Origin: Methanobacteriota archaeon
GTDB taxonomy: Archaea > Thermoplasmatota > Thermoplasmata > SG8-5
Direction of reading: 5' to 3'
Length of the DNA: 64,000 nucleotides
Assembly (NCBI GenBank): GCA_013791785.1
Contig: VMTD01000061.1
Location: 898 to 64,897, forward strand
Below the pieces are notes generated by a model. That model saw nothing but the letters and a program-made list of their open reading frames with translations, did no database searches and was not told the origin of the DNA. The position numbers and the translations under genes are program-made. This document shows positions 26,834 to 35,336 of this stretch, piece after piece (the first letter of the stretch is position 1; each line of letters starts with the position of its first letter).

Positions 26834-27487
26834 ATGGACAAGTACAGAGTTTTTGCAGGCATCATCCTGTTCGGCTCCCTTTGGGGGATGCTGGAATGCA
26901 TGTTGGGCGAAGTCAGCATGGGCGGAGTTCCCATGGGCGCCTTCCTGGGCGGATTCGTCGGGCTTGGCCTGATGGTCCTGACCAGGAGATTGTACAACAT
27001 CAGGTGGATGCAGCTGGGTATGGCCATAGTGGCCGGCATGCTCAGGTTCTGGGCACCGGTTGGCACCTGCGTGATCTGCTCCGCCCTGGCCATAATGGCT
27101 GAAGGCCTGATATTCGAAATCATCTTCAACAGGCCGATGTTCGATTTGAACCGTTCGTCCTTCATGAAGAGCGGCAAGACCCTGGCGCTGGTGGGAATCA
27201 TCGCGGGATTTACCATCTATGTGACTGGATACATGTTCACCCAGATATTCACACCCATACTCACCACGGGAACGTTCAGCATCTCCAACTTCGTCAACGC
27301 CCTGCCGATAATATTCGGCACCGGGTTCTTCGCTGCGGTCTTCGGGGGAATTTCCCTGCCGCTGGCTGTACTGGCCAAGCAGCTCTACTTCAATGTATCC
27401 ACTGTCAAGAGGGAACATTACTACGCAGCCGCAGCCGGAATAACCACATTCTGCTGGGCGCTGGTCTTCGTGTTCTTCCAGTTCTGA
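26834..27487 (+). CDS. Polytopic membrane protein (about 6 TM).
   Basis: Hydrophobic throughout. The ATG at 26834 (MDKYRVF) is preferred over the TTG at 26825. The long antisense ORF 26387..27583 is rejected. Confidence 0.5.
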   Translation: MDKYRVFAGIILFGSLWGMLECMLGEVSMGGVPMGAFLGGFVGLGLMVLTRRLYNIRWMQLGMAIVAGMLRFWAPVGTCVICSALAIMAEGLIFEIIFNRPMFDLNRSSFMKSGKTLALVGIIAGFTIYVTGYMFTQIFTPILTTGTFSISNFVNALPIIFGTGFFAAVFGGISLPLAVLAKQLYFNVSTVKREHYYAAAAGITTFCWALVFVFFQF

Positions 27488-27496
27488 GGTGATTGC

Positions 27497-27943
27497 ATGG
27501 CCACAGCCAAGATAATTGTCTTCAACGCGGAGAAGTGCAAGGGATGCGGAGAATGCGAAAAAGCTTGCTCCAACGTTCATCACAAGAACGACCTCGGTGG
27601 AGAATACTCCGCCATCCGGATAATTAAATCTGACTCAGGCTTCCAAATGACAGACTGCAATATGTGCGGCCTGTGCATAGACATGTGCCCGGTCCTGGCC
27701 ATAAGGCGATTGGGAAGCGGGACGGTCGTGCTTGACAAGAAGAAATGCGTGGGCTGCCAGGCCTGTGTGGGTTTTTGCCCGAGAGGGGTCATGAGAAAAG
27801 CTCCGAACGTCATTACGCCGTTCAAGTGCATAGCCTGCGGTGCATGCGTCCGTGCATGCCCGGAAGGCGCGTTGGAGTTGAAAGAAGTTGATTTGGCTGA
27901 AATTGAAGAAACAGTCTATTCTTATCAGGGGGTCTGCGAATGA
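27497..27943 (+). CDS. Poly-ferredoxin with multiple 4Fe-4S cluster motifs.
   Basis: Four CxxCxxCxxxCP-type motifs. It overlaps the AOR start as ATGA. Confidence 0.85.
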   Translation: MATAKIIVFNAEKCKGCGECEKACSNVHHKNDLGGEYSAIRIIKSDSGFQMTDCNMCGLCIDMCPVLAIRRLGSGTVVLDKKKCVGCQACVGFCPRGVMRKAPNVITPFKCIACGACVRACPEGALELKEVDLAEIEETVYSYQGVCE

Positions 27944-30297
27944 GCGGCGGAAAATGTGTGAGCAAGGACATTACAACCATCGGCGACAGGAACAAGGGAT
28001 TCCAGACTGGAAACACAAAACACGAGTGGGACCTTGAGAAGCTCAAAGCCAGCCGCAAAATTATTGCCGAGTTCAAGTATGAAAAGCGGGCCGTGGAAAA
28101 GGGATATGCCAACCGCACGCTGTTCGTTGACCTCACCAAGAACGAGATTCGCGAGGTTCCGGTTACCGAGGATATGAAGCAGAAGTTCACCGGCGGCCGC
28201 GGTTTCGGACTCAAGCTGCTCTGGGATACCATAAACCCGTCAACACGCTGGGACAGCGACGAGAATGGTCTTGTTCTCACGGCCGGGCCAATGTGTGGCT
28301 CGACTCAATACCCGGGCTTTGGAAAGACGCTTAGCTTGACAGTTTCTCCCTCAACATACATTATTTGCGACTCCAATGCCGGCGGTTATTTCGCGCCGTA
28401 CATGAAATTCGCCGGGTTTGATGCTATCCAGGTGCATGGAAAAGCGTCAGAAGACGTGGTCATCGTAATTGATGGCGAAGAGGGAAAAGTAACGATTGAG
28501 ACCGCGCCGGATGTGGAAGTTAATTCACACATGGTTGCAGAACAGCTTACCCATTTCTATGCCATTGAGGATTCCGAGGCAGCCAGACAGCGCGTCGCAA
28601 TCGTATCCGCGGGCAAGGGCGCCGAGCATTCTTACTGGGGCTGTCTGAACATATCGTTTTACGATGTACGAAGAAAGGTAGCCAGACTTAAACAGCACGG
28701 CCGCGGCGGCCTGGGAACTGTCCTGAGGAACAAGAAAGTGAAAGCGATTGTTGCCAGGACCGAGCACTTCGATGGACTGACCAATCACCCTGTGAACGCA
28801 GACAAGGTTGCAGAAATTGGAGCCAATTATCACAAGGAGATGCGAGACCTGGACAAAGAGCAGTGCAATATGCGAACTGTTGGAACTGGCCACCTTGTGG
28901 AAATCATGGATGCTTATGATTTACTGCCTACTGAAAATTACAGGTTCGGCAGCCATCCGAAGGCAAACAAAATTTTCTCTCCGCATTTCTACAAACTCTG
29001 GACCCAGGTTATTCCGGACGGATGCTGGTACGGCTGCACAATGGCCTGCGCCAAGGCATCGGACGGATTCCAGCTAATGACAGGACCGTACAAGGGCCAA
29101 AAAGTTACTGTTGATGGCCCGGAGTATGAAACACTTGGGTGCGCTTCAAACATGAGCATGTGGGACCCGCTGTACGTCCTTGAGTTCAACTTCTATTGCG
29201 ACACATACGGCCTGGACACGATTTCCACCGGAACAGCAATAGCATTCTACATGGAGATGTATGAATACGGCATTCTCAACAAAGAGAGATGCGGCGGCCT
29301 GGAACTGTGCTTCGGCAACAATGATGCAGTAATGCAATTCATCCACCGCCTGGCAGCCGGAGACGATGACGAATTCATCCAGGTTGCTGGAAAGGGCGCA
29401 AGAAGAGTCAAGGACTGGCTGAAAACCAAGAACTGGGGCGATGCCCAGTTGATTGAAGACACCGGCATGGAGAGCAAGGGCCTTGAGTATTCCGAGTACG
29501 TTACAAAAGAATCCCTGGCAATGCAGGGCGGTTACGGTCTAACGCTCAAGGGACCGCAGCATGACGAGGCCTGGCTAATCTTCATGGACATGGTGAACAA
29601 TCAGATTCCGACTTTCGCCGATAAAGCGGAAGCGCTCTGGTACTTCCCCATGTGGAGAACCTGGTTCGGGCTTCAGGGCCTGTGCAAGCTCCCGTGGAAT
29701 GATGTCGAGCCTTCGGATAACGCGCAAACAAGTGAGCCTGCAAAAGTTCCTGGCCACGTGCAGAATTATGTGGAAATCTTCAACGCGATTACCGGACAGA
29801 ACGTTGACAAGAACGGTCTAATATCCCAGAGCGAGCGCGCATACAACTGGCAGCGCGCAATGGCTGCCTGGCTTGGGCGCGGACGCAGAAAGGACGACTG
29901 GATACCCTACCGTTCAATGGGGCCGGTAACAGACATGGAATATATCTCCAGAAAGGAAAGATATGACAAGTACCTGGCCGAGGTTGCAGGAATACCCGCA
30001 GCAGAAGTCGAGGAAATGACCTTGCCCAGGAAGATGGAAGCTCTGTACAATTTCAGGCAAAATCAATATCAGAAACTTGCGGACGCAGTTTATTACCGCA
30101 GGGGCTGGACTCCGAACGGCGTGCCGACGCCACAGAAGATGAGGGGCATCGGCTTCGGCGACGAAACAGAGATGCTGGAAATGCTGCAAAAGAAGATTGA
30201 CGAGGATGAAGCAGCAGGACTCAATGTCTGGGGCGGGGAATACGGCCCGGGCGAGGAGCCGCCGACAAAGGACAGGAAGTACTGGGAGAAGTGGTAA
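27940..30297 (+). CDS. Aldehyde:ferredoxin oxidoreductase family protein (tungsten/molybdopterin-dependent) with N- and C-terminal extensions.
   Basis: AOR N-domain motif (ANRTLFVDLTKNEIREV) begins at about residue 55. The protein is 785 aa, against about 600-650 aa for characterised AOR, FOR and GAPOR. Confidence 0.8.
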   Translation: MSGGKCVSKDITTIGDRNKGFQTGNTKHEWDLEKLKASRKIIAEFKYEKRAVEKGYANRTLFVDLTKNEIREVPVTEDMKQKFTGGRGFGLKLLWDTINPSTRWDSDENGLVLTAGPMCGSTQYPGFGKTLSLTVSPSTYIICDSNAGGYFAPYMKFAGFDAIQVHGKASEDVVIVIDGEEGKVTIETAPDVEVNSHMVAEQLTHFYAIEDSEAARQRVAIVSAGKGAEHSYWGCLNISFYDVRRKVARLKQHGRGGLGTVLRNKKVKAIVARTEHFDGLTNHPVNADKVAEIGANYHKEMRDLDKEQCNMRTVGTGHLVEIMDAYDLLPTENYRFGSHPKANKIFSPHFYKLWTQVIPDGCWYGCTMACAKASDGFQLMTGPYKGQKVTVDGPEYETLGCASNMSMWDPLYVLEFNFYCDTYGLDTISTGTAIAFYMEMYEYGILNKERCGGLELCFGNNDAVMQFIHRLAAGDDDEFIQVAGKGARRVKDWLKTKNWGDAQLIEDTGMESKGLEYSEYVTKESLAMQGGYGLTLKGPQHDEAWLIFMDMVNNQIPTFADKAEALWYFPMWRTWFGLQGLCKLPWNDVEPSDNAQTSEPAKVPGHVQNYVEIFNAITGQNVDKNGLISQSERAYNWQRAMAAWLGRGRRKDDWIPYRSMGPVTDMEYISRKERYDKYLAEVAGIPAAEVEEMTLPRKMEALYNFRQNQYQKLADAVYYRRGWTPNGVPTPQKMRGIGFGDETEMLEMLQKKIDEDEAAGLNVWGGEYGPGEEPPTKDRKYWEKW

Positions 30298-30339
30298 TCA
30301 TCGGCATGCCAAATCCTTCGGATATTGGCAATTAAGAAT

Positions 30340-30372
30340 GCCAGGCTGAAGCCTGGCATCTTTACTATTTTT
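30340..30372 (+). terminator. Hairpin gccaggc-tgaa-gcctggc followed by a T-rich tract, downstream of AOR.
   Basis: Direct reading. A 7-bp stem is followed by atctttactattttt. Confidence 0.5.
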
Positions 30373-30470
30373 GAAATATATCCTACCATCGTAACCCAAT
30401 ACTTTCGCCCACCTCTAGGAATTGTTTATAACCGTCTGAGTGTTTTACCTGATTGAAGGAATGGTAATAC

Positions 30471-31481
30471 ATGGCTAAGAACAAAAAACTACCAGACAAC
30501 CAGATAACGGTTTACCAAACTCCAGATGGTGAAATTAATATTGAAGTGATGTACGTCAATGAAAATCTCTGGATGCCTCAAAAAAGAATGGCGGAGCTTT
30601 TTGGTGTAGAACGAAGTGTTGTTACCAAGCACCTGAAGAATATCTTTTCGGATAATGAGTTACAGAAAGATTCAGTGTGTGCAAATTTTGCACATACTGC
30701 CGAGGATGGCAAGGAATATCTGACTAATTTTTATTCTCTTGAAGCCATCATTGCCGTAGGTTACCGGGTAAATTCGGAACGTGGCATTCAGTTTCGACAA
30801 TGGGCGATTTCAATTCTCCAGCAATATATTCACAAAGGATTTGCGATTGACAATGACCGATTTAAACACGGCTCCCGTTTCAGCACGAGATATTTCGATG
30901 ACTTGCTGGAGGAGATACGTGACATCCGCTCCAGTGAAAGGATGCTGTATCAGAAAATAACTGATATTTATGCTACATCTATTGATTATTCTCTAAAAAC
31001 TGAGGACACAAAACAGTTTTTTGCGACAGTACAGAATAAACTGCACTTTGCCATTACTGGGCAGACCGCTGCAGAAATAATATCTGCACGGGCCAAGAGC
31101 GACAAGCCAAACATGGGATTGACATCATGGCGAAAAGGGCATGGGGGTAAAATCATGCCAGGTGATGTTATCATAGCAAAAAACTATCTGGATAAACAGG
31201 AGCTTGATCATTTAAACCGCATTGTAACCTTGTATCTTGATTATGCGGAGCTGCAAGCGGTTCGTAATAAACCCATGTACATGAAAGATTGGACTGAAAA
31301 ACTGAACGCTTTTCTGAAGTTCAGCGAATATGAAATACTTACCAATGCAGGGACAATCAGCCATGAAGTTGCTCTTGCCCTGGCTAACAAAGAATATGAA
31401 ACATTCAAGAAAATTCAGGATACAAATTATCTCTCGGATTTTGATAAAGAGGTTAAAAGGGTTAGAGAGTGTAAGAAATGA
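30471..31481 (+). CDS. RhuM-family protein (Virulence_RhuM domain), a common marker of mobile and defence islands.
   Basis: N-terminal region ITVYQTPDGEINIEV...NLWMPQKRMAELFGVERSVVTKHLKNIF matches the RhuM/Fic-associated DNA-binding family. The coding region is AT-rich. Confidence 0.65.
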   Translation: MAKNKKLPDNQITVYQTPDGEINIEVMYVNENLWMPQKRMAELFGVERSVVTKHLKNIFSDNELQKDSVCANFAHTAEDGKEYLTNFYSLEAIIAVGYRVNSERGIQFRQWAISILQQYIHKGFAIDNDRFKHGSRFSTRYFDDLLEEIRDIRSSERMLYQKITDIYATSIDYSLKTEDTKQFFATVQNKLHFAITGQTAAEIISARAKSDKPNMGLTSWRKGHGGKIMPGDVIIAKNYLDKQELDHLNRIVTLYLDYAELQAVRNKPMYMKDWTEKLNAFLKFSEYEILTNAGTISHEVALALANKEYETFKKIQDTNYLSDFDKEVKRVRECKK

Positions 31482-31984
31482 TTGAGACTGAAAGACTGTA
31501 CCTGAGACTGATGAAAGAATCAGACACTGACGATATGCTGGGTATATTCAATGAACCCAAATTAATGAAAGCATTTGGTTTTGAGTCCTTTTCCAGAGAG
31601 CAAATGATACGATGGGTGAGTAGAAATCTCCAGTATCAAGAAAAGTATGGCTACGGTTTATTTTCTGTCATTCTGAAAAGCAATGGAAAATTAATTGGAG
31701 ATTGCGGTCTGGAATGCACGACTTTTGAAGGAAATGAATGTATTGAGATTGGGTATGATTTTTCCAGTGTTTATTGGAATCAGGGCTATGCGACAGAAGC
31801 TGCTTCAGCGGTCAGGGATTTTTCCATCAATGACCTGAACATTGATTCCAGGCTTTTGTGTAGTTTTATCCGAAAAATAAATGCCCCATCAATTAGGGTA
31901 TCTCAGAAAATTGGCATGAAAAAGACAAAAGAATACTCTCAAAATGGAATTGAATATTATCTCTATCAGTTTCCACCGCCCTGA
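31478..31984 (+). CDS. GNAT N-acetyltransferase (RimJ/RimL-like).
   Basis: It overlaps the RhuM-family stop. GNAT motifs are present and the region is AT-rich. Confidence 0.7.
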   Translation: MIETERLYLRLMKESDTDDMLGIFNEPKLMKAFGFESFSREQMIRWVSRNLQYQEKYGYGLFSVILKSNGKLIGDCGLECTTFEGNECIEIGYDFSSVYWNQGYATEAASAVRDFSINDLNIDSRLLCSFIRKINAPSIRVSQKIGMKKTKEYSQNGIEYYLYQFPPP

Positions 31985-32055
31985 ATGATGCTATTTGTCA
32001 CAAAACCCCAAACCATATCTAACACAACAATATTCCCTTCCATAAAGGTGATATC

Positions 32056-32448
32056 ATGGACAGCAGAGTCAAGAACATGTTCGCAGACGAGAAAATAAAA
32101 TTCGGAGTACTGGCCGAAGCATTTCCGGGCATGAAGGAATACTTCGAGGGAACGAAACCCGGCAGAATAAACCGGTATGACAACGGCGTCATGAGCATTG
32201 TCATCAACGGCCAGGGCAAGGAAAAGCCCTCGACGTTCGGGTACCTACCAGTGGGAAGATTCGTGTTCAACGTGGGAGGCAACCGGGAGACCATGCATTT
32301 CCTCCACGGCGAGATTGACTGGGGCTTTGGAAAGAACCCGACTGTTAGACCAAAGCAATATGACATTCTGGTGATTCCCGCAGGCGAGGATTTAATCCTG
32401 AACGTTAAGAAACCGACGCTCTACGTTTGCGATTATCTGAAACAATGA
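32056..32448 (+). CDS. Small cupin-like hypothetical protein (130 aa).
   Basis: Short beta-rich protein with HFLHGEIDWGF...LVIPAGEDL. Its stop overlaps the radical-SAM gene start as ATGA. Confidence 0.4.
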   Translation: MDSRVKNMFADEKIKFGVLAEAFPGMKEYFEGTKPGRINRYDNGVMSIVINGQGKEKPSTFGYLPVGRFVFNVGGNRETMHFLHGEIDWGFGKNPTVRPKQYDILVIPAGEDLILNVKKPTLYVCDYLKQ

Positions 32449-33317
32449 AAAAGATTGTTTTGGCTTCCCACCTGGCTCATTTCGAACTGAAGAGAAAGCT
32501 CACAGGAATTAAATACTTCGCTGAAATCGACATCACCGACAATTGCAATCTCAGGTGCGGCCATTGCTATCACTTTCACGGCAAGAACGTTTTCGAGAAA
32601 AAAGAATTGCCCCTGGGGGTTTGGAAAAAGCGGTTCAGAACGCTTCACAGAGGGGGAATTCGATGCGTTCTGCTGGTTGGCGGCGAACCCGCCCTCAGGG
32701 CAGACGTGCTAATGCTGGCCCACAATATTTTTCCGTTTGTATATGTGATTACCAACGGTACAGTTTTCATCCCGAAGAAGTTCAATCATCTTCTTTTCGT
32801 GTCGCTGGACGGCATGCGGGAGACCAATGATATAATTCGCGGACGCGACACATTCGACAGAGTTTTAAAGAATTATTCAGGAGATAAGCGCGTCGCCATA
32901 AACATGACCATAACCATGGACAATTACAGGGAACTGGAGAACGTTGTTCGCCTTTCCAAAAAACACGGGTTCAGAGGCGTGGTGTGCAATATCTGCGCAT
33001 CGGGAACAGACGTAAAAGTACCCATGCACATCAAGGCCGATGAGAGAAAAACAGTCATGAAAGAGCTGAGGCGCGTTAAAGAAAAATATCCGAAGCAATT
33101 TTTGCTCAGCGATGCCATGCTCAGGTGGTATGAAAAAGCGGACCATCGCGGCAGATGCTACTGGGGCGATGATGTACTGCATTTTGATGTGAACTGGAAA
33201 AAAAGGCGGTGTTTCGGCTCCAATGCGGACTGCTCGAACTGCGGATGCCTGGCAGGCTCTTTCCAGAACCCGTTTTTAATGGCTTTTACCGCCAAGGAGT
33301 TCAGGAAATTGGTTTGA
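32445..33317 (+). CDS. Radical SAM enzyme with a C-terminal Cys-rich auxiliary-cluster (SPASM/twitch-like) domain.
   Basis: CNLRCGHCYHF is a CxxxCxxC motif. A SLDGMRETNDIIRG motif is present. The C-terminal cysteines are C-x17-C-x6-C-x2-C-x-C. The start was placed at the ATGA overlap (MKKIVLASH). Confidence 0.7.
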   Translation: MKKIVLASHLAHFELKRKLTGIKYFAEIDITDNCNLRCGHCYHFHGKNVFEKKELPLGVWKKRFRTLHRGGIRCVLLVGGEPALRADVLMLAHNIFPFVYVITNGTVFIPKKFNHLLFVSLDGMRETNDIIRGRDTFDRVLKNYSGDKRVAINMTITMDNYRELENVVRLSKKHGFRGVVCNICASGTDVKVPMHIKADERKTVMKELRRVKEKYPKQFLLSDAMLRWYEKADHRGRCYWGDDVLHFDVNWKKRRCFGSNADCSNCGCLAGSFQNPFLMAFTAKEFRKLV

Positions 33318-33351
33318 AAATGCTTATAAGGTCCATCATCTTTCCAGAATT

Positions 33352-34122
33352 ATGGTGTTCCCGAACTATCCGAACAAACAGTCCGAAAAGGCTTTGTTCA
33401 GTCCGTCTGATTTCATGGAATATGCAAAGAAGAGAGGCCAATACCCGACGATTGAACCGCCCGATGGACTGATCCTTTGTTATGACAGGAATCTGCTTGC
33501 GTTCATCCTGGCCAACCACAAGACAACTGTAGCGAGGATTTTCGGAGAGGTTCATGTTCTGGATGAAACTGAGGGGAAGATTGCCATTGCCAGCGTTCAC
33601 GGAATTGGCGGGCCATGCGCTGTCACCACCATGGAGGAGAAGATCGCGTTCGGGATCAACAAGTTCATTTCCATTGGCCTAGCTGGCTCCCTCCAGAAAA
33701 GCATTGGGATCGGCGATATCGTTGTATGCGACAGGGCGATAAGGGACGAGGGCGTTTCCCACCATTATCTGGAGAGTTCAAAGTATGCCCATGCCTCGGA
33801 GGAGATGACGAAACGCATCAAGAGTTCGTTGGACAAGTTGGGTATCGAATATGTTACAGGCACCAGCTGGACCACAGATGCCGTGTACCGGGAAACGACC
33901 GCCGAGGTTTCCCAGTATCAGAAAGATGGCGTGGCAACCGTGGAAATGGAGGCCGCCGCGCTCTTCGCGGTGGCCCAATACCGCAAGGTCCAGATTGGTT
34001 CGATACTGACTATAAGCGATTCGCTGGCTGACATGAAATGGCAGCCCGAGTTCCATTCCGAAAATGCGAAAACGGGTTTGGAAAATCTTTTCAAGGCAGC
34101 AGTCAACGCCTTGTTGATGTGA
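33352..34122 (+). CDS. PNP/UDP-family nucleoside phosphorylase or nucleosidase (MTA/5'-deoxyadenosine nucleosidase-like).
   Basis: Motifs GIGGPCAVTTMEE, DIVVCDRAIRDEG, VEMEAAALFAVA and ILTISD are typical of PF01048. Confidence 0.65.
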   Translation: MVFPNYPNKQSEKALFSPSDFMEYAKKRGQYPTIEPPDGLILCYDRNLLAFILANHKTTVARIFGEVHVLDETEGKIAIASVHGIGGPCAVTTMEEKIAFGINKFISIGLAGSLQKSIGIGDIVVCDRAIRDEGVSHHYLESSKYAHASEEMTKRIKSSLDKLGIEYVTGTSWTTDAVYRETTAEVSQYQKDGVATVEMEAAALFAVAQYRKVQIGSILTISDSLADMKWQPEFHSENAKTGLENLFKAAVNALLM

Positions 34123-34162
34123 AGAATTAAGTATCTTAAAAAGAATTCCTTTTTGCGATACC

Positions 34163-34504
34163 ATGGACAAAATAATCGGCTTCTGCGGACTTGTGTGCAC
34201 GGAATGCCCGACCTACCTGGCCACGGTGAATGATGATGAGGCGCTGAGAAAAGCCACAGCCGCCAAATGGTCGGAGATGTACAAATCGGACATCAAACCG
34301 GAAAACATCAAATGCAACGGCTGCACCACGCCGGGCATCAAGTTCCACCACTGCACCGAGTGCGAGATGCGGATTTGCGGCATTGCCAAGGGCGTGAAGA
34401 ACTGTGGGCGGTGCGGGGATTACCCGTGCGCCAAGATCGAGGCATTCTTGAAGTACGTGCCCGATGCGAAGGCAGTACTGGATGAGGAGAATCGGGCACG
34501 CTGA
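34163..34504 (+). CDS. Small Cys-rich protein, DUF3795-like.
   Basis: GFCGLVCTECPTY...CNGC...CTEC...CGRCGDYPC pattern. Confidence 0.5.
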   Translation: MDKIIGFCGLVCTECPTYLATVNDDEALRKATAAKWSEMYKSDIKPENIKCNGCTTPGIKFHHCTECEMRICGIAKGVKNCGRCGDYPCAKIEAFLKYVPDAKAVLDEENRAR

Positions 34505-34514
34505 TGCATTTGGT

Positions 34515-34566
34515 TGGCTGGAACCAACCGCTTGGCCAGGATGTGCGCCGATTTAAGCTAACCCCG
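34515..34566. repeat. Family D repeat copy (...gtgcgccgatttaagctaaccccgc).
   Basis: It matches 7924-7950 (gtgcgccggtttaagctaaccccgc) and shares the ccgcttgg prefix with 7874-7881. Confidence 0.7.
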
Positions 34567-34571
34567 CTCCA

Positions 34572-35336
34572 CTATTTCGGTGGACAATATCTCCCGATGA
34601 TGAACCAAGTCGGATATTGTGAGTACATGCCCATCACAAAATGGAAGTTGGTTTTTTCCAGCATTTTAATGAAATACTTATCTTGAAGCTTTTCCCAGAG
34701 AATTTCCGGGGTTTGATACCTCGGCCCCCAGCTCCTGTAAGATTCGAATAGTTCCCAGTCCTCGCACTGCATGTTATGCTCGCTTTCTCCGCAACACTGG
34801 CATTTGAATTTATACTTGAAAATGTGTGGTATTTTGGTAACTTTTGGAATGATTTCACCGTCGAGATTCATGGTGGCGGACCATCCGTTGTTCTCGTATA
34901 TTTCCAAATTGTCGGTTTTGATGAAATCCAGCAATTCTGTCGGTTTGATTAATCCAAGAGATGTTTTGTCTGTTTCATAGGCGTCTTTCAATGCTTGGAT
35001 GGAATTCGAAACATGAGGCAGTACAATCTTGTTCCTGGCATTCCAGTCAACCTTTGGTTTGGTTAAACTGCGGTCAATTATCGTAATTGAGTCTGGCCTT
35101 ACCTTGTGGCTCTCCTTTCTGCCGAGCTTGTCAGCGTCTTTCTGGCACATGACCTCTATGACATCAAATTTGGATATTTTGTTCTCCCCGATGAAATGTC
35201 GCATGTCAATCGGATAGAGCCTTATCCATTCCCCTTCATCGGTAATTCCTGCGGTACAGGCCACATCCCCATGTTTCAGGCTTGGTTCAGGATATGCCTT
35301 GGTGATAATGGTAATTCTTTTCTTTTCCCACGTCAA
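34572..35336 (-). CDS. Uncharacterised protein with a C-terminal CxC...C zinc ribbon. It is probably translationally coupled to the upstream gene through a TTG start.
   Basis: Non-repetitive sequence throughout. A TTG start overlapping the upstream TGA (TTGA) gives MTWEKKRITIITKAYPEP... The longer ORF running to 35654 overlaps the DUF488 gene and is rejected. The region is AT-rich. Confidence 0.45.
   Translation of the reverse strand: MTWEKKRITIITKAYPEPSLKHGDVACTAGITDEGEWIRLYPIDMRHFIGENKISKFDVIEVMCQKDADKLGRKESHKVRPDSITIIDRSLTKPKVDWNARNKIVLPHVSNSIQALKDAYETDKTSLGLIKPTELLDFIKTDNLEIYENNGWSATMNLDGEIIPKVTKIPHIFKYKFKCQCCGESEHNMQCEDWELFESYRSWGPRYQTPEILWEKLQDKYFIKMLEKTNFHFVMGMYSQYPTWFIIGRYCPPK

Noticed and set aside
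26387-27583. 398-aa minus-strand ORF
   Set aside because: It is antisense to two tightly packed plus-strand membrane-protein genes that continue colinearly into the ferredoxin-AOR operon. Its composition is His/Gly/Arg-rich, typical of a GC-rich antisense frame. No motif was recognised.
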